Shown here piece after piece: positions 9,982 to 20,519 of a stretch of DNA of 64,000 bases (its first letter is position 1; each line of letters begins with the position of its first letter). Origin of the DNA: Schmidtea polychroa. Its lineage: Eukaryota. Position numbers and translations under genes: made by a program. A model generated the notes under the pieces. It worked only from the letters and a program-made list of their open reading frames with translations. It was not told the origin of the DNA and did not search any database. The DNA lies in the NCBI GenBank assembly GCA_044892525.1, contig CM097887.1:80764397-80828396 (forward strand). The letters run 5' to 3'.

Positions 9982-10469
9982 TTAACTATGGCATGTGATT
10001 TACGTAAATCATAATTTACAACCGGTTCTAATGATCCACCATATTGTATCGTACTATCATTAATTATTTCGGCATCAGAGTCAGAAAGAGTTATTATATC
10101 AACTCCATTTTGAGAGTCAGATAGAAAATCTATATCCACATCATTTTCAAAATCAGGAAGAGTTACCATATTATTTAAAACTACATCATCGTCTTCAGAA
10201 TCCGAGAGAATAATAATTTGATCATTATTATTTAAATTTTTAATTTTAGATGGACGAGGGTTACTTATAGGCAAATCAGATTTCCTTTTATTAATTGAGA
10301 AATTATTTGGTAATTTAAAAATTTGTTTTTTCTTCAAAAGATTAAATCGATTTAAATGATCTTTATGTTGATCATAAAAGTTAGAATAATTTAATTTTTC
10401 AGTGGAATTACAAATGGGGCAAACAAAATAAATAACACGGTTATGGGGTTGGCCATAGTATTTTTCCAT
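9978..10469 (-). CDS. Maverick accessory protein with C2H2-like motif and acidic SUMO-interacting-like motifs
   Basis: CPIC...HKDH; IIILSDSEDDD, VDIITLSDSD; stop overlaps the polB ATG (ATGA). Confidence 0.65.
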   Translation of the reverse strand: MEKYYGQPHNRVIYFVCPICNSTEKLNYSNFYDQHKDHLNRFNLLKKKQIFKLPNNFSINKRKSDLPISNPRPSKIKNLNNNDQIIILSDSEDDDVVLNNMVTLPDFENDVDIDFLSDSQNGVDIITLSDSDAEIINDSTIQYGGSLEPVVNYDLRKSHAIVK

Positions 10470-10851
10470 AGTTTTATGACAATCATTGTCATGAAAGGAA
10501 GAATTACAAAACTTTGGATATAAGATACCTAAGTTTCAAAAGAAATTATCAAAGGATTGCATTATAAATAAAAATGAATATATGAAAATGAATATATGAA
10601 CATCACAAATTGATTATTAGAAATAAATATTTAAAAAATCAAAAATACTATACACACACATAAAATCTTTCATCCAATAAAATTAAAATGATTTGTTAAA
10701 AAGAAACTAATTGGTCAACTCGATTTTTAAAATTAATATATATACTGAGTGCATGAAATTATTATATTTAATGATGCAACAATATAAAAGTAATTTTATT
10801 ATCATTATCTAGTATTGCTTAATCATTATTCTAGAAATTTCAGTGAAAAAG

Positions 10852-11330
10852 ATGGAGAAACAAGTAAATTCAGATATAATAAAGTTAATTCTACAGGAAA
10901 ATTCAACATCGGCAGTTAATCCTATTAGAAAATCTCCTGTTCAGCTCCTACAATATTCTATGGAATATTTAAAATACCCAATAACTTATTCATTTAAAGT
11001 AAATATATTTATATCATTTAATCAAATATTAATTAAATTTTTTATTAGGAACCTGTAACTTTGAAACAGAGTTTATATAATATACAAGTAGGTAAAATTG
11101 GAGATATCGATAGAAAAAATATTTTAGAATTATTGTTGGCTATCAATAAAAATATTCAATTCAATGAAAACTTTACATTTATGAATTGTGATAAAGATTA
11201 TGCTTTAGAAAATATTAAAAAAGAAAATGAAAATTCACATTTTATGATAAAAATTCAAATTCAGGGTTTTAAAGAAGGAAAAGAAACAATCAGCCCTATA
11301 TGGAAAATAATTGATACTAATATATTATAA
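10852..11330 (+). CDS. Unknown Maverick gene, spliced (exons 10852-10998 and 11049-11330, about 142 aa)
   Basis: 50-nt phase-0 GTAAAT...TTATTAG intron joins two track ORFs in frame (YSFK|EPVTLKQ). Confidence 0.65.
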
Positions 11331-11557
11331 GTCTTTATTTGTTTCTTATGTTATGGTATACATTATAATTTAATTAAAAATATTGCATTAAAAAAATTTT
11401 TTTTTTATTGATAAATTTAAATTGATTTAAAATAATTAAATTTAAATAAAATCATAAATTATTATTATCTAATAAATTCAAAATTGTTTTAATTTTTACT
11501 TTGAGTAAATTAATTTAAATTCAAATTTGTAAAATAAATTAAAATGAAATATAATAT

Positions 11558-11893
11558 TTAAATTAATATTAATTTAATTAAAATGAAAATATCTTTAAAT
11601 ACTGAAAAATATATATAATACTTACATTTTATCATGTTTGCATTAATTTTCTTGGAATTATTTCGAACCATTTTATCATTGTTGGTGTTTAAGTTTTTGT
11701 TGTTCATGTTATTTGAGTGGTTGCAAATCTTGCTATTGACGTTATTCATGTTATTTGAGTTGTTGTAATTGTTGTTGTTGTTGCAATTCATTACCTAGAA
11801 AACATTATAAGAGAATTATTAATTAATTAATTACATAAAACTTACAAAAGTTTGGGTATTGATAAAAGTGACTTTTAAATGAATTGTTTTCAT
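11558..11893 (-). CDS. Small Asn-rich Maverick protein, spliced (exons 11893-11846 and 11794-11558)
   Basis: 51-nt GTAAGT...TTTCTAG intron in phase 0; TATATAAA and ATTGG motifs just upstream. Confidence 0.45.
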
Positions 11894-12058
11894 TTATATA
11901 CTACATATTACACAACAATGATTCAATAAAATAGTAACCAATAAAATTCAAGAAACCAATCACATAATCACATACCATTAAATTATATTTACTAGTAGAA
12001 TGACATAAAAAATTACAAACTAACAAGATAATATTTATTTGATTAAATTTTCTTATAT

Positions 12059-12444
12059 TCAAAGATCTTTCATTGACTTCAACCACGCTAAACAATGTTG
12101 CCCACATGTTTTTGTCAATGGACTTTGATAGCGAATTTTATTATATTCAATTGGCATTAACAATGATTGAAGTTTTGATATTAATAGAGGAGGATAATAA
12201 AACCCCATGGGATCAAATGCATATATTTTTTCCGGTTTCACATAAACTGCGAGCCAATGCTCTCCCTTGAGATTACAAGATTGAGTATTTACAATTAAAG
12301 CCTTGTTTACATCAATATATGGTATTTTATCTAATGGAAAAACTCCAAGAAATTCAGCTCCGAACAATCTTCGACCTATGTATTCAATCTGAATAGAACT
12401 ATTATCAATAAATTAAAGTAATAAAAATGAAATTCTTACTTCAT
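12059..12444 (-). CDS. Adenain-like cysteine protease, spliced (exons 12444-12440 and 12398-12059, 114 aa)
   Basis: GVFPLD, GEHWLA, FDPMG, Q....TCGQHC catalytic motifs; a 41-nt GTAAG...ATAG intron supplies the start MNSIQIEYIG. Confidence 0.9.
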
Positions 12445-12506
12445 TTTTAATAATTATTGTTTCCTAATTTGGTTTATAGTTCAAGCCAATCATTTTCAAA
12501 CTTTAT

Positions 12507-13733
12507 TTACACTAGTACTGTACGATTGGATGTAATTTGAATCTCTTTTTCAAAGACGCCATAGACTATTACAGAAATTGATTCTGTTAGAGGTGTTCCA
12601 AATTTAATATCAAGTCTTAAATTTCCTTGCTGTGGCAATTGACTTTGATTAAGATCAAAGTCTGGAGCCAATACAAATGTAAAGAATGGATACTTTTCTT
12701 TAAAGTCAGACATACTAATTCCACAATTAATATTCTTATTAAGGTAACCCATGTTTCTAATTATTGACTGCATATAACTTGTACTATAATTATCATTTTC
12801 AAAATCTTGACTATATTTTTCACGATAGTCGCTTCCTTTCAATAAAGTTATTGATTTTACATTATTGTGGTCGTACATTGAATAAGAATGTGTTAGTGAT
12901 CCATTATTTCTTTTATTTCTTTGAAATGTTACAAGGATAAAATTTGGTAATCGCCGATCACCAAAGATTTGTTCTTTATAAAAAGAAGAAGATCCAGTAG
13001 GTAACGAAAATTCGACAACTTCCTTGCTTCTCAAAGGATAAATTGCATTTCTTGAAGCAAGTCCAATTTGATGACCAGCTAAAACGGATGGTTCAACTCG
13101 AACTCTTCTTACCATTAATTTTGCATCTAATAATTCAATTTTAGGTTCTACTTTTGTACATGTTAAACTATGTGATGGAATTGATCTCGTCAATTTAATT
13201 TGGACACTAACACCAGGTAATAAATATTTTGGTTGATCCATAAAATCAAATTGTATTGGTGAACATAATGAAAATGGTTTAGATTTTGCAATCCACGCTT
13301 TTCTTATATTATCATCTTCACTGTACCCCATACCTTCTAAAAATGTACGTTTTGTATCATGATTGTAATTTAATATTGTTTCGATTAATGCTTTATGAGC
13401 AAATGTATCATTTCCTCCTTCAACTTTAATAGAATTAAAAATTAATTCAGCTTCTTTAAAAAGAGTTTGGAAAAAGAAATTGTTTGCAGTTACAACAGAA
13501 TCATCAGAAATATTTTCACCTACATTATTTACAACTTTCAACTGAAGATAAAGTAAAGTATCATTCCAATCTAAATATTCGGTTTGAGATCCGTTAATGT
13601 AAAATTGAATTGAAGAGGTACCAGTATCCGTAATTGAATTCGTTGGATAAATATCTTCAAATAAACCATGTTCAATTATTGCTTGAGGTGATGGTCTATC
13701 AAAAATACATAATTCAGATTTTGCACTAATCAT
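12507..13733 (-). CDS. Maverick major capsid protein (double jelly-roll, PY/hexon-like)
   Basis: KSELCIF...PQ..IE.G, YLD..DT.LY, YLLPGVSV.IKL.R, FTFVLAPD, GNLRLDIKF, VYG.FE..IQI...RTV. Confidence 0.9.
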   Translation of the reverse strand: MISAKSELCIFDRPSPQAIIEHGLFEDIYPTNSITDTGTSSIQFYINGSQTEYLDWNDTLLYLQLKVVNNVGENISDDSVVTANNFFFQTLFKEAELIFNSIKVEGGNDTFAHKALIETILNYNHDTKRTFLEGMGYSEDDNIRKAWIAKSKPFSLCSPIQFDFMDQPKYLLPGVSVQIKLTRSIPSHSLTCTKVEPKIELLDAKLMVRRVRVEPSVLAGHQIGLASRNAIYPLRSKEVVEFSLPTGSSSFYKEQIFGDRRLPNFILVTFQRNKRNNGSLTHSYSMYDHNNVKSITLLKGSDYREKYSQDFENDNYSTSYMQSIIRNMGYLNKNINCGISMSDFKEKYPFFTFVLAPDFDLNQSQLPQQGNLRLDIKFGTPLTESISVIVYGVFEKEIQITSNRTVLV

Positions 13734-14131
13734 TTTTCGAATATAGTTCCAAAGCCTTTCATTCTTTTGTTTATATGCTTCTTTAATGTTTTTCTGCGTT
13801 TAATCATTCCACCTTTTTGTTCATTCTCTTGTTTATTAAAAACATCAGATACTTTATTAATTACAGTAGGCAAATGTTGAATTACATCAGGTAGTGAATG
13901 TTTAATTTCAGATAAAACATTTGATTTTAAAGCAGGTAGAATTTTTGAATTGTTATTTATTACATCATGTGCAGTTTTCATACCAAAATTACCTATGCGT
14001 CTAAGAATTGGTAAAGCAAATCGACCTATTGTTTTTAACCAACCTGTTCCATATTGTTTACCAACAAAATATGGTAAATCTCCACCAGATTGACTATTAC
14101 TATAAAAGTTTACAATATCAGGATTATTCAT
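13730..14131 (-). CDS. Small basic Maverick virion/core-like protein with QxGxG motifs
   Basis: FY..SQSGG.LPYFVGKQYGTGW..IGRFALPILR; basic C-terminus; overlaps the penton stop and the MCP start. Confidence 0.7.
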   Translation of the reverse strand: MNNPDIVNFYSNSQSGGDLPYFVGKQYGTGWLKTIGRFALPILRRIGNFGMKTAHDVINNNSKILPALKSNVLSEIKHSLPDVIQHLPTVINKVSDVFNKQENEQKGGMIKRRKTLKKHINKRMKGFGTIFEK

Positions 14132-15155
14132 TTATTTTACGAAAATGTAGTGTTAAATGTGTTTTGGTGTCTTTTGAAAATTTAACTAAATTTCCACTAT
14201 CGTTGCGAATATTAATTTCAATGTTGCTTATAGATGAAGATGAAATTGGAAGGTACATTGGGTTCTTTATTTCTAACTGTACAACCTCTCCCTGTTCATA
14301 TCTTTTAATCCATATCGATTTTAATAGAGAAACTCTTACATCACCAACATTTATTGGTTCAATGATATTAGAATAAATAAACATTTGTTGATGAATTTTA
14401 AATATTTTTGGAATTTTCACACCAACAAAGTCTTTTTCATTATAAGTTTGATTCTTTAATCCTAAAGCTTTTGTTAATTTTTGATCAAAGGTAATATTTG
14501 AAATATCATCTACAAGTGTTATTTTTACCAATTCTTGATTTTGAAGATGTATTTCTTTAAATGGAGATGGATTAATTGTCATTAAATACCCTCGCAACTC
14601 TGATAAAGTAGTTAAGAATAATTCATCTTCAAAATAATGTTCGAATTTTGTCTTGATATCATAATTTATAGTTATCCCAATTTGTTCAATGATATTATTT
14701 TCAGTAAATTTAGGTAGTTTAATTCGACAATGGTCAGTTTTGCTAATGATTGATATGGTTTTTAATTCAAACTTAGATGCATGTTTGGTGTCAAGAAATG
14801 ATATTTTAAATGGAACATGTGGACAAACTATCACTAAGTTTTCATATCTTTCCAAGAACACATCAACATCTGGATTATATGTAGAATTTAAAATTTTTAA
14901 GATTTTGTTTTGATTATCAATTTTCAAGTATTTAGTTTCTTCGCATGATTTTTTAAATTCGTATTGTACCCATGAATTACTGTAATACGGAAAATGATTA
15001 TACACAAATGTAAAATCAATCAAAGCTACTTCCCACTTCCCATTCAAATAAATTGGGTTTTGAAATTCAACTTTAAAATTACTAGCATTATTATCAGGAT
15101 AAATAAGAGGACAACTATTACTAGATAAAATCATATAAAACTGGTTTTCCTTCAT
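14124..15155 (-). CDS. Maverick minor capsid (penton/PX-like) protein
   Basis: FYMILSSNS...YPDN.ASNF, LNGKWEVAL, MFIYSNIIEP..VGD, YLPI....ISNIEINIR, LHFR. Confidence 0.88.
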   Translation of the reverse strand: MKENQFYMILSSNSCPLIYPDNNASNFKVEFQNPIYLNGKWEVALIDFTFVYNHFPYYSNSWVQYEFKKSCEETKYLKIDNQNKILKILNSTYNPDVDVFLERYENLVIVCPHVPFKISFLDTKHASKFELKTISIISKTDHCRIKLPKFTENNIIEQIGITINYDIKTKFEHYFEDELFLTTLSELRGYLMTINPSPFKEIHLQNQELVKITLVDDISNITFDQKLTKALGLKNQTYNEKDFVGVKIPKIFKIHQQMFIYSNIIEPINVGDVRVSLLKSIWIKRYEQGEVVQLEIKNPMYLPISSSSISNIEINIRNDSGNLVKFSKDTKTHLTLHFRKINE

Positions 15156-15160
15156 AATAT

Positions 15161-15902
15161 TTATTTAATCAATTGGTTTTCAGATATCCAGCTAGGATGT
15201 TTATAACCATGCCATTTCACATAGTATTGTTTATATTTCCCGTCTGATTTAGTTTTTAAAATCTCTTGAATTCTGAAGATTGTGGGTGATGGAATGACTT
15301 GTAGTTCTGGTTCGTAGAATTTGCCACTGACTTGATCGTTTTCATTATCTGTAATAAAGTACATGACCGGATTTTGATTAGTATCTATTTTCGATATTTT
15401 AAAAACTTCATCACTCCAATTGTTATCAAAATTCTTGATGAATGGAGAAGCACTGATTTTACTTATTCTAACATGGTCTCCTACTTTATATTTCGGCTTT
15501 TTTGTTTTTGATTTATCTTGTTGTGATATCCAAGTATCAATATTATTTGTTGAATAAATATCGATTGGTCTCATTCCATTTATTCCTCTATGAGGTGAAA
15601 AATTGTAACTATAAATTATTTTCGACAATACATTTATCCACGTTTTATTGCCTTGATATACAAAATATTTTTTCAAACGATCTCTTAAAGTACGATTGAA
15701 TCTTTCCACGTGCGCTGCTTTATATTGTGAAAATACTGAGTAATGATTTATTCCTTTGATAATTTCTTTAACTTTGCTATTATAAAATTCTTTACCTAAA
15801 TTTAAAATTAATTAAAATTATTTAATTTATAATTTTACCCAAATCTGTTTGTAAATTACGAGGCTGTCCGTCAGCAAATAATGTTTTTAATGCATCAGCC
15901 AT
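15161..15902 (-). CDS. int: Maverick retroviral-type integrase with C-terminal chromodomain, spliced (exons 15902-15839 and 15795-15161); N-terminal catalytic Asp region missing
   Basis: P..LQTDLG|KEFYN restored across a 43-nt intron; VERFNRTL; KYKVGDHVRISK; NWSDEVF; FYEPELQ; YYVKWHGY. Confidence 0.9.
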
Positions 15903-15918
15903 TTAGTAGTTAGAAAAA

Positions 15919-16305
15919 ATGTCAAAAGGTAAAGAATATATTTTTATTTATAATTAATAATCTTTATATCTAGTTTACTTATTTGAAGTAATTTTAAAGA
16001 AGTTTCAAGAATTATACCCAGGAATAAGAAATACCATAGATTATTGTGCACCAGAGTTACTTATAAATAAAATATTTCGTTTAACAGGTATTAATATAGA
16101 ACAACTTTTAGAGTTGCACTACGATATGGTTCTAAGGTCTGACACTAGATGCATTGAAAATTGCATTGTTTGCAAAGATTCTATGAGATTGTCATGCCCC
16201 AATGGGTGTCCATGCTGTCACGACTTTAAAAGGGATCAATCAGTCCATATCTTATTAGCTGAAATGCGTAAAGCATACCACACAGATGTATTTAACTTGA
16301 AATAA
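15919..16305 (+). CDS. Cys-rich small Maverick protein, spliced (exons 15919-15928 and 15974-16305, 113 aa)
   Basis: 45-nt GTAAAG...TCTAG intron containing in-frame stops; C..C..C....C...C.CCH cluster. Confidence 0.65.
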
Positions 16306-16414
16306 AATGTTTTATATAATTTTTAAAATTTTTATCAATATCATTTGCCTTTTACATTGTTATTGTGAAATAGTCAAAGTTTTTATTGTTGTGAACAATT
16401 TAGTTATTAAAAGG

Positions 16415-16417
<3 letters not shown>

Positions 16418-16507
<90 letters not shown>
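16418..16507. repeat. (TAT)n microsatellite, about 30 units
   Basis: Direct reading; flanked by sequence inversely similar to 6421-6570. Confidence 0.98.
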
Positions 16508-16645
16508 CTGTGTGTGAATTATAACCGAGTGTTTATCACATTCATTGTCATCATTATAGTACTCGGGTTCAAAAATGTATGTATGACTTTTTCTTATATA
16601 TGTTTATAATTCAATAAATATATATCTATAATAAAATTATACAGA

Positions 16646-17075
16646 ATTATGTAACACCATACCACCACCCCCTAGGGTACCCATACAAATATTACGTAAT
16701 ACTGTATATTTGGCTTGGTTTATACTCCTCACTTCTCACTACTCTATCAAAATGTATTGAATTTTTTCCAGGGATATTTGGCTTGGTTTATACTCCTCAC
16801 TACTCTAATGAAGTATAATTATTACATAAGAGGTCAAAGGTCAATTTTTATGTAAGGGTCAAAGGTTAAATATGATGTAAGAGGTCAAAGGTCAATTATT
16901 GCATAAGGGGGGTCAATTATGACGTAAATTAAAAAACCAATTATTACGTAATCATAAATATAATTACGTCATTTTTCAAAATTATGTAACACCCTACCAC
17001 CCCCTAGGGTACCCATACAAATATTACGTAATACTGTATATTTGGCTTGGTTTATACTCCTCACTTCTCACTACT
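16646..17075. repeat. Maverick terminal region with reiterated end sequence
   Basis: About 95-bp direct repeat at 16646-16743 and 16980-17075; ttggcttggtttatactcctcac...tact ends at 16743, 16804 and 17075. Confidence 0.85.
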
Positions 17076-18010
17076 GATAATCTTCATGAAAGAGAAAAAT
17101 GAATCACAAACATACGAACTTCCAAACATTGCTATCATCCTTGTTGCAGCAAAGAGTAACATGAGAAATCTTTCTTTTGAAACAAACTGATAAAATTCTG
17201 AATTCTTTTGTTTTAGCATGGAATCACACTGAAGATCTGGCAATTTCATCTACATTTCCTCGGCTACATTGTCAATATCAACAGTAAACGGTGTGGGAAA
17301 AAGCTGAAAATGTAGTTCAAGTGCCTTAAAATCGTTAAAACGCAACACAAACTTTTGAAGTAAATCTGAAATTGTATATGTATATTCTTTTAAAGATTGC
17401 TTTTCGACTTCTTCCAATTATTTCAAAGTTGAGAAATGGGCTAAATCGCCACGATTAAGCTGTTTTTGAAATAATACCAGTTTTACTTTGAATGATTTAA
17501 CACTATCATACATCTGTGTTTAAAGTTTAATGTATTTAAATGTCCAGTTAAATCAGTCAAAAAAACAAAATCACAGATAAATGTGGCATCAGTGAGCTGT
17601 TTGACTTCATTCTTTTTCATTTTCATGAAAGAATCAGTCTCTTCTCTAAGTCCAAAAAAACAATTCTGTACATTTTCACGACTCAGCCATCTAACTTCGG
17701 TGTGATACAGAATTTCTCGCTATTTGCTTTCTATACTTACTAGGGAAGAAGTGATTTGTCTGTGATTTAAGCCTAAAGTATAAAATAGACTGTTTTCGCA
17801 ACCACTTCCATGACACCAGTTATTTTAAAACCTTCACTACACAGAGCTTCTTGGTGCCCAATGCAATGTATGCTGCTGAAATTATTCAGGTTTTGTAGTC
17901 CAACGACATCAAATTTTTGTGAACACAGCTGGCGCACCATCCATGGCTATTGATGCAAGTTTGCTCCATGGCAATTGGTTATTAGTTGGTCGTCGACTCA
18001 GTCTTCAAAT
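17076..18010 (-). pseudogene. Buster/SPIN-type hAT transposase, C-terminal part, cut by the Maverick end
   Basis: LPWSKLASIAMDGAPA, HCIGHQEALC, YHTEVRWLSR, MFGSSYVCDSFFSFMK; stops and frameshifts. Confidence 0.85.
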
Positions 18011-19522
18011 GCTCATGATTTATCGCGATCTCGATCAGTATGCTCATGACAACTGCCACGTTGGTACTGCCCACTGTCGATAGAAAAATAGAGGGCAAGT
18101 GAGCTACTATCTTATAACTACTTCACTTTACATTTCTAACGGGTTCCTGACTACCGTTAGAAAGTCTTACGTCGGTGGATTATGTGTTTTTCACGGTGAC
18201 GATACTCAACCCATGGATTTCAACTTTATCAACAACATGGATTACTTTGCCCTCCCTTCTTAGAATCTTTATCACAGTAGAACAAAACACAAAACACAGC
18301 AAAATAAATTCATTATTGATTAACTATAAAGAAAGTTAATACAAGAAACAAATTTAAATATGCTACATGATTGCTATAGAACATTGTCGTTAATGAGTCA
18401 GGCTTCACCAGCCGTTACACTCGATGTTTGCCAAGAGAGCGTCTAGCTCAAATTCATTTTCACCTACCTCCAACCCATAAGATCAGAAGCCTGGTCTTTG
18501 GCTGAATGGGAGATCCACTCCAACCTAACTATTATTCAAAACATACAATTAAAATAAAAAACAAAAGGTAAAAAATAACAATAAAAAAAATATAATTAAA
18601 ACTAAATTGAATATAAAGATTTATTAATTTAGAACATTACATAGAAACTACACATTACAAAAATTAACAAATCCACTTCAATCTTACCACAATGGTATAA
18701 ACCGAAAACTGAGAACAGGTAAAAATGACATGGAAAAATTGTGTCTAAAATTTTATCAAAGTTCACAATGTGATGATTGATTTTCAACTGAATTTGCAAT
18801 CAGTATTTATACTGATTTTGATTGCATTCTCTGTCACTAGATCCAATCAGAATGCAGTAAAGTTGAATTTTGTTGCACATACATATATTTAATTTTAATT
18901 TAATTTAATTGATTTAATTAATCAATTTATTTATTTTTATTAATTTTGACGATTTAAATTTATAAATTTTATAGTTTAAATAATTTTTAATTAATTTTAT
19001 TTTAAATCTTATTATTTTATCCATGCTGGTAGAAATTTTAGTTTCAATTTTTAAATTTATTTATTTCTTTATTTTATTTTATTTAATTTTTTAAATAAAT
19101 TTTTCCTCTTCCTTTTCTTAAAGTATTCACTCATTGCCATAGCTCCTTCGTATGTAAATACGAGCCATAACATCCCTAATTAATTTGATTAAGGTTCTTC
19201 ATCCAATAATCATTCTTAAAATTTCTTTTCATATTATTAATTAATTTATTATCAATTATTATTTTATTTAATATTCTTTTATTTTTCTTGTGGACAGATT
19301 TTCAGAATGCGTTATTTTTCTCTTAACTGTGTTGGTGATTGCAATTTCTTGCGTTCCTTTATTTTATTATATGCGTTTTATTTATCCTCAATGTGTTGTG
19401 TACTTTATTTTATATTATTTGGTGTATGATCATAGATTTTAATTCAACTTGGTGCGGTTCTTATGTTATGTATTTTCGATCCATTAAAACAAACTCTCAA
19501 TTTTCGGTTCTAGCCCAACAAA

Positions 19523-20515
19523 TGTAACACTTAAATGAGAAAGAACGAATAGATTTTTTGGATTAAAATTTTTAATTATATTAACAAATATACATTACTT
19601 ATGCCATATCAATCATATAAAACAATAAAATTACCGATTTGAAATAAACTGCTGCTAAATATCGAGACAAGATTACTTCGTTTACAATAATACGGTTCCA
19701 TTAAAATATAATAATCCGTAAGAAGTCCTAACAATCAAATAGTACGAATAGTAATTCAGTGAGAAAATTTGTAGCGAGTAATTCCAATGAATTTTGAAAA
19801 AGTAGTGGATAATAGTTGGAATAAAAATTGGTTTTGAAGTTGTAAATAGTGTGGTTTCAAGAACTTGTAAGTAATTAACCAAAGTAGTAGATGAATAATG
19901 GCTTGTAAAACGGTTTTCCAAACTAGAATTCTCTAAAGTTTTCTTTTTAAACAAAAGTAGTTAAGATGACAAAAAGTGATCTCCAAATCAATTTTTAGCA
20001 ATGAAAAAAAGCGCAAAAGTGGCTACTGACATTGCACTTTATATAACATGCCTTCGACCAATCAGGATCGAGCGTGTGTGTTTCAGATCATATTTCATCT
20101 CTGTTTTTTATTTGAAATTCCAATCGTTTCGATTGGTCTATTTCTTTATTTTGTTTAAAATCGTTGTTTTTATTTTAATTCATTTCTTTCTTTTTTCCGT
20201 GATTAATCGAAGGATGGCCTTTACATACTGCTCTTGCTCTTTCAATAAACTAGTATTTTTTGTTATTTTATGAGTCTTTTTGGTGATTTTTGTTATTTTT
20301 ATGCTTTTAAGATGTTTTGTGTGCAACTGCTTGGGGTTCGTAATTTTATTATTTTTGTTTTACTTGAAGTTTTTTCGAATTAGTTTCAGTATTTTTAGTG
20401 AATTTTGCTTGCTATGTGAGTCATCTCAGTCACCTCATTATCTGGCATATTAAAACAAGAGAAGATTAAAGAAAGGGAAAGCAGAAATTTATTTCTAGCT
20501 AATTTTTGTCCAACA
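19523..20515 (-). repeat. Putative solo LTR, reverse orientation (left boundary uncertain)
   Basis: Reads TGTTGG... on the minus strand; ATTGG and TATATAAA motifs; clearly homologous to 44150-44675. Confidence 0.5.
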
Positions 20516-20519
20516 AAGC

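Larger units (their letters stand above)
6333..17075 (-). mobile_element. Maverick/Polinton (adintovirus-like endogenous DNA virus); left end not visible, probably extends left past the Bel/Pao insertion
   Basis: pPolB, adenain protease, major capsid, penton-like protein and integrase with chromodomain; right terminus reads AGTAGTGAGAAG on the minus strand; no packaging ATPase seen in window. Confidence 0.92.

Noticed and set aside
16307-16609. Poly-Tyr ORF
   Set aside because: Translation of the (TAT)n microsatellite.
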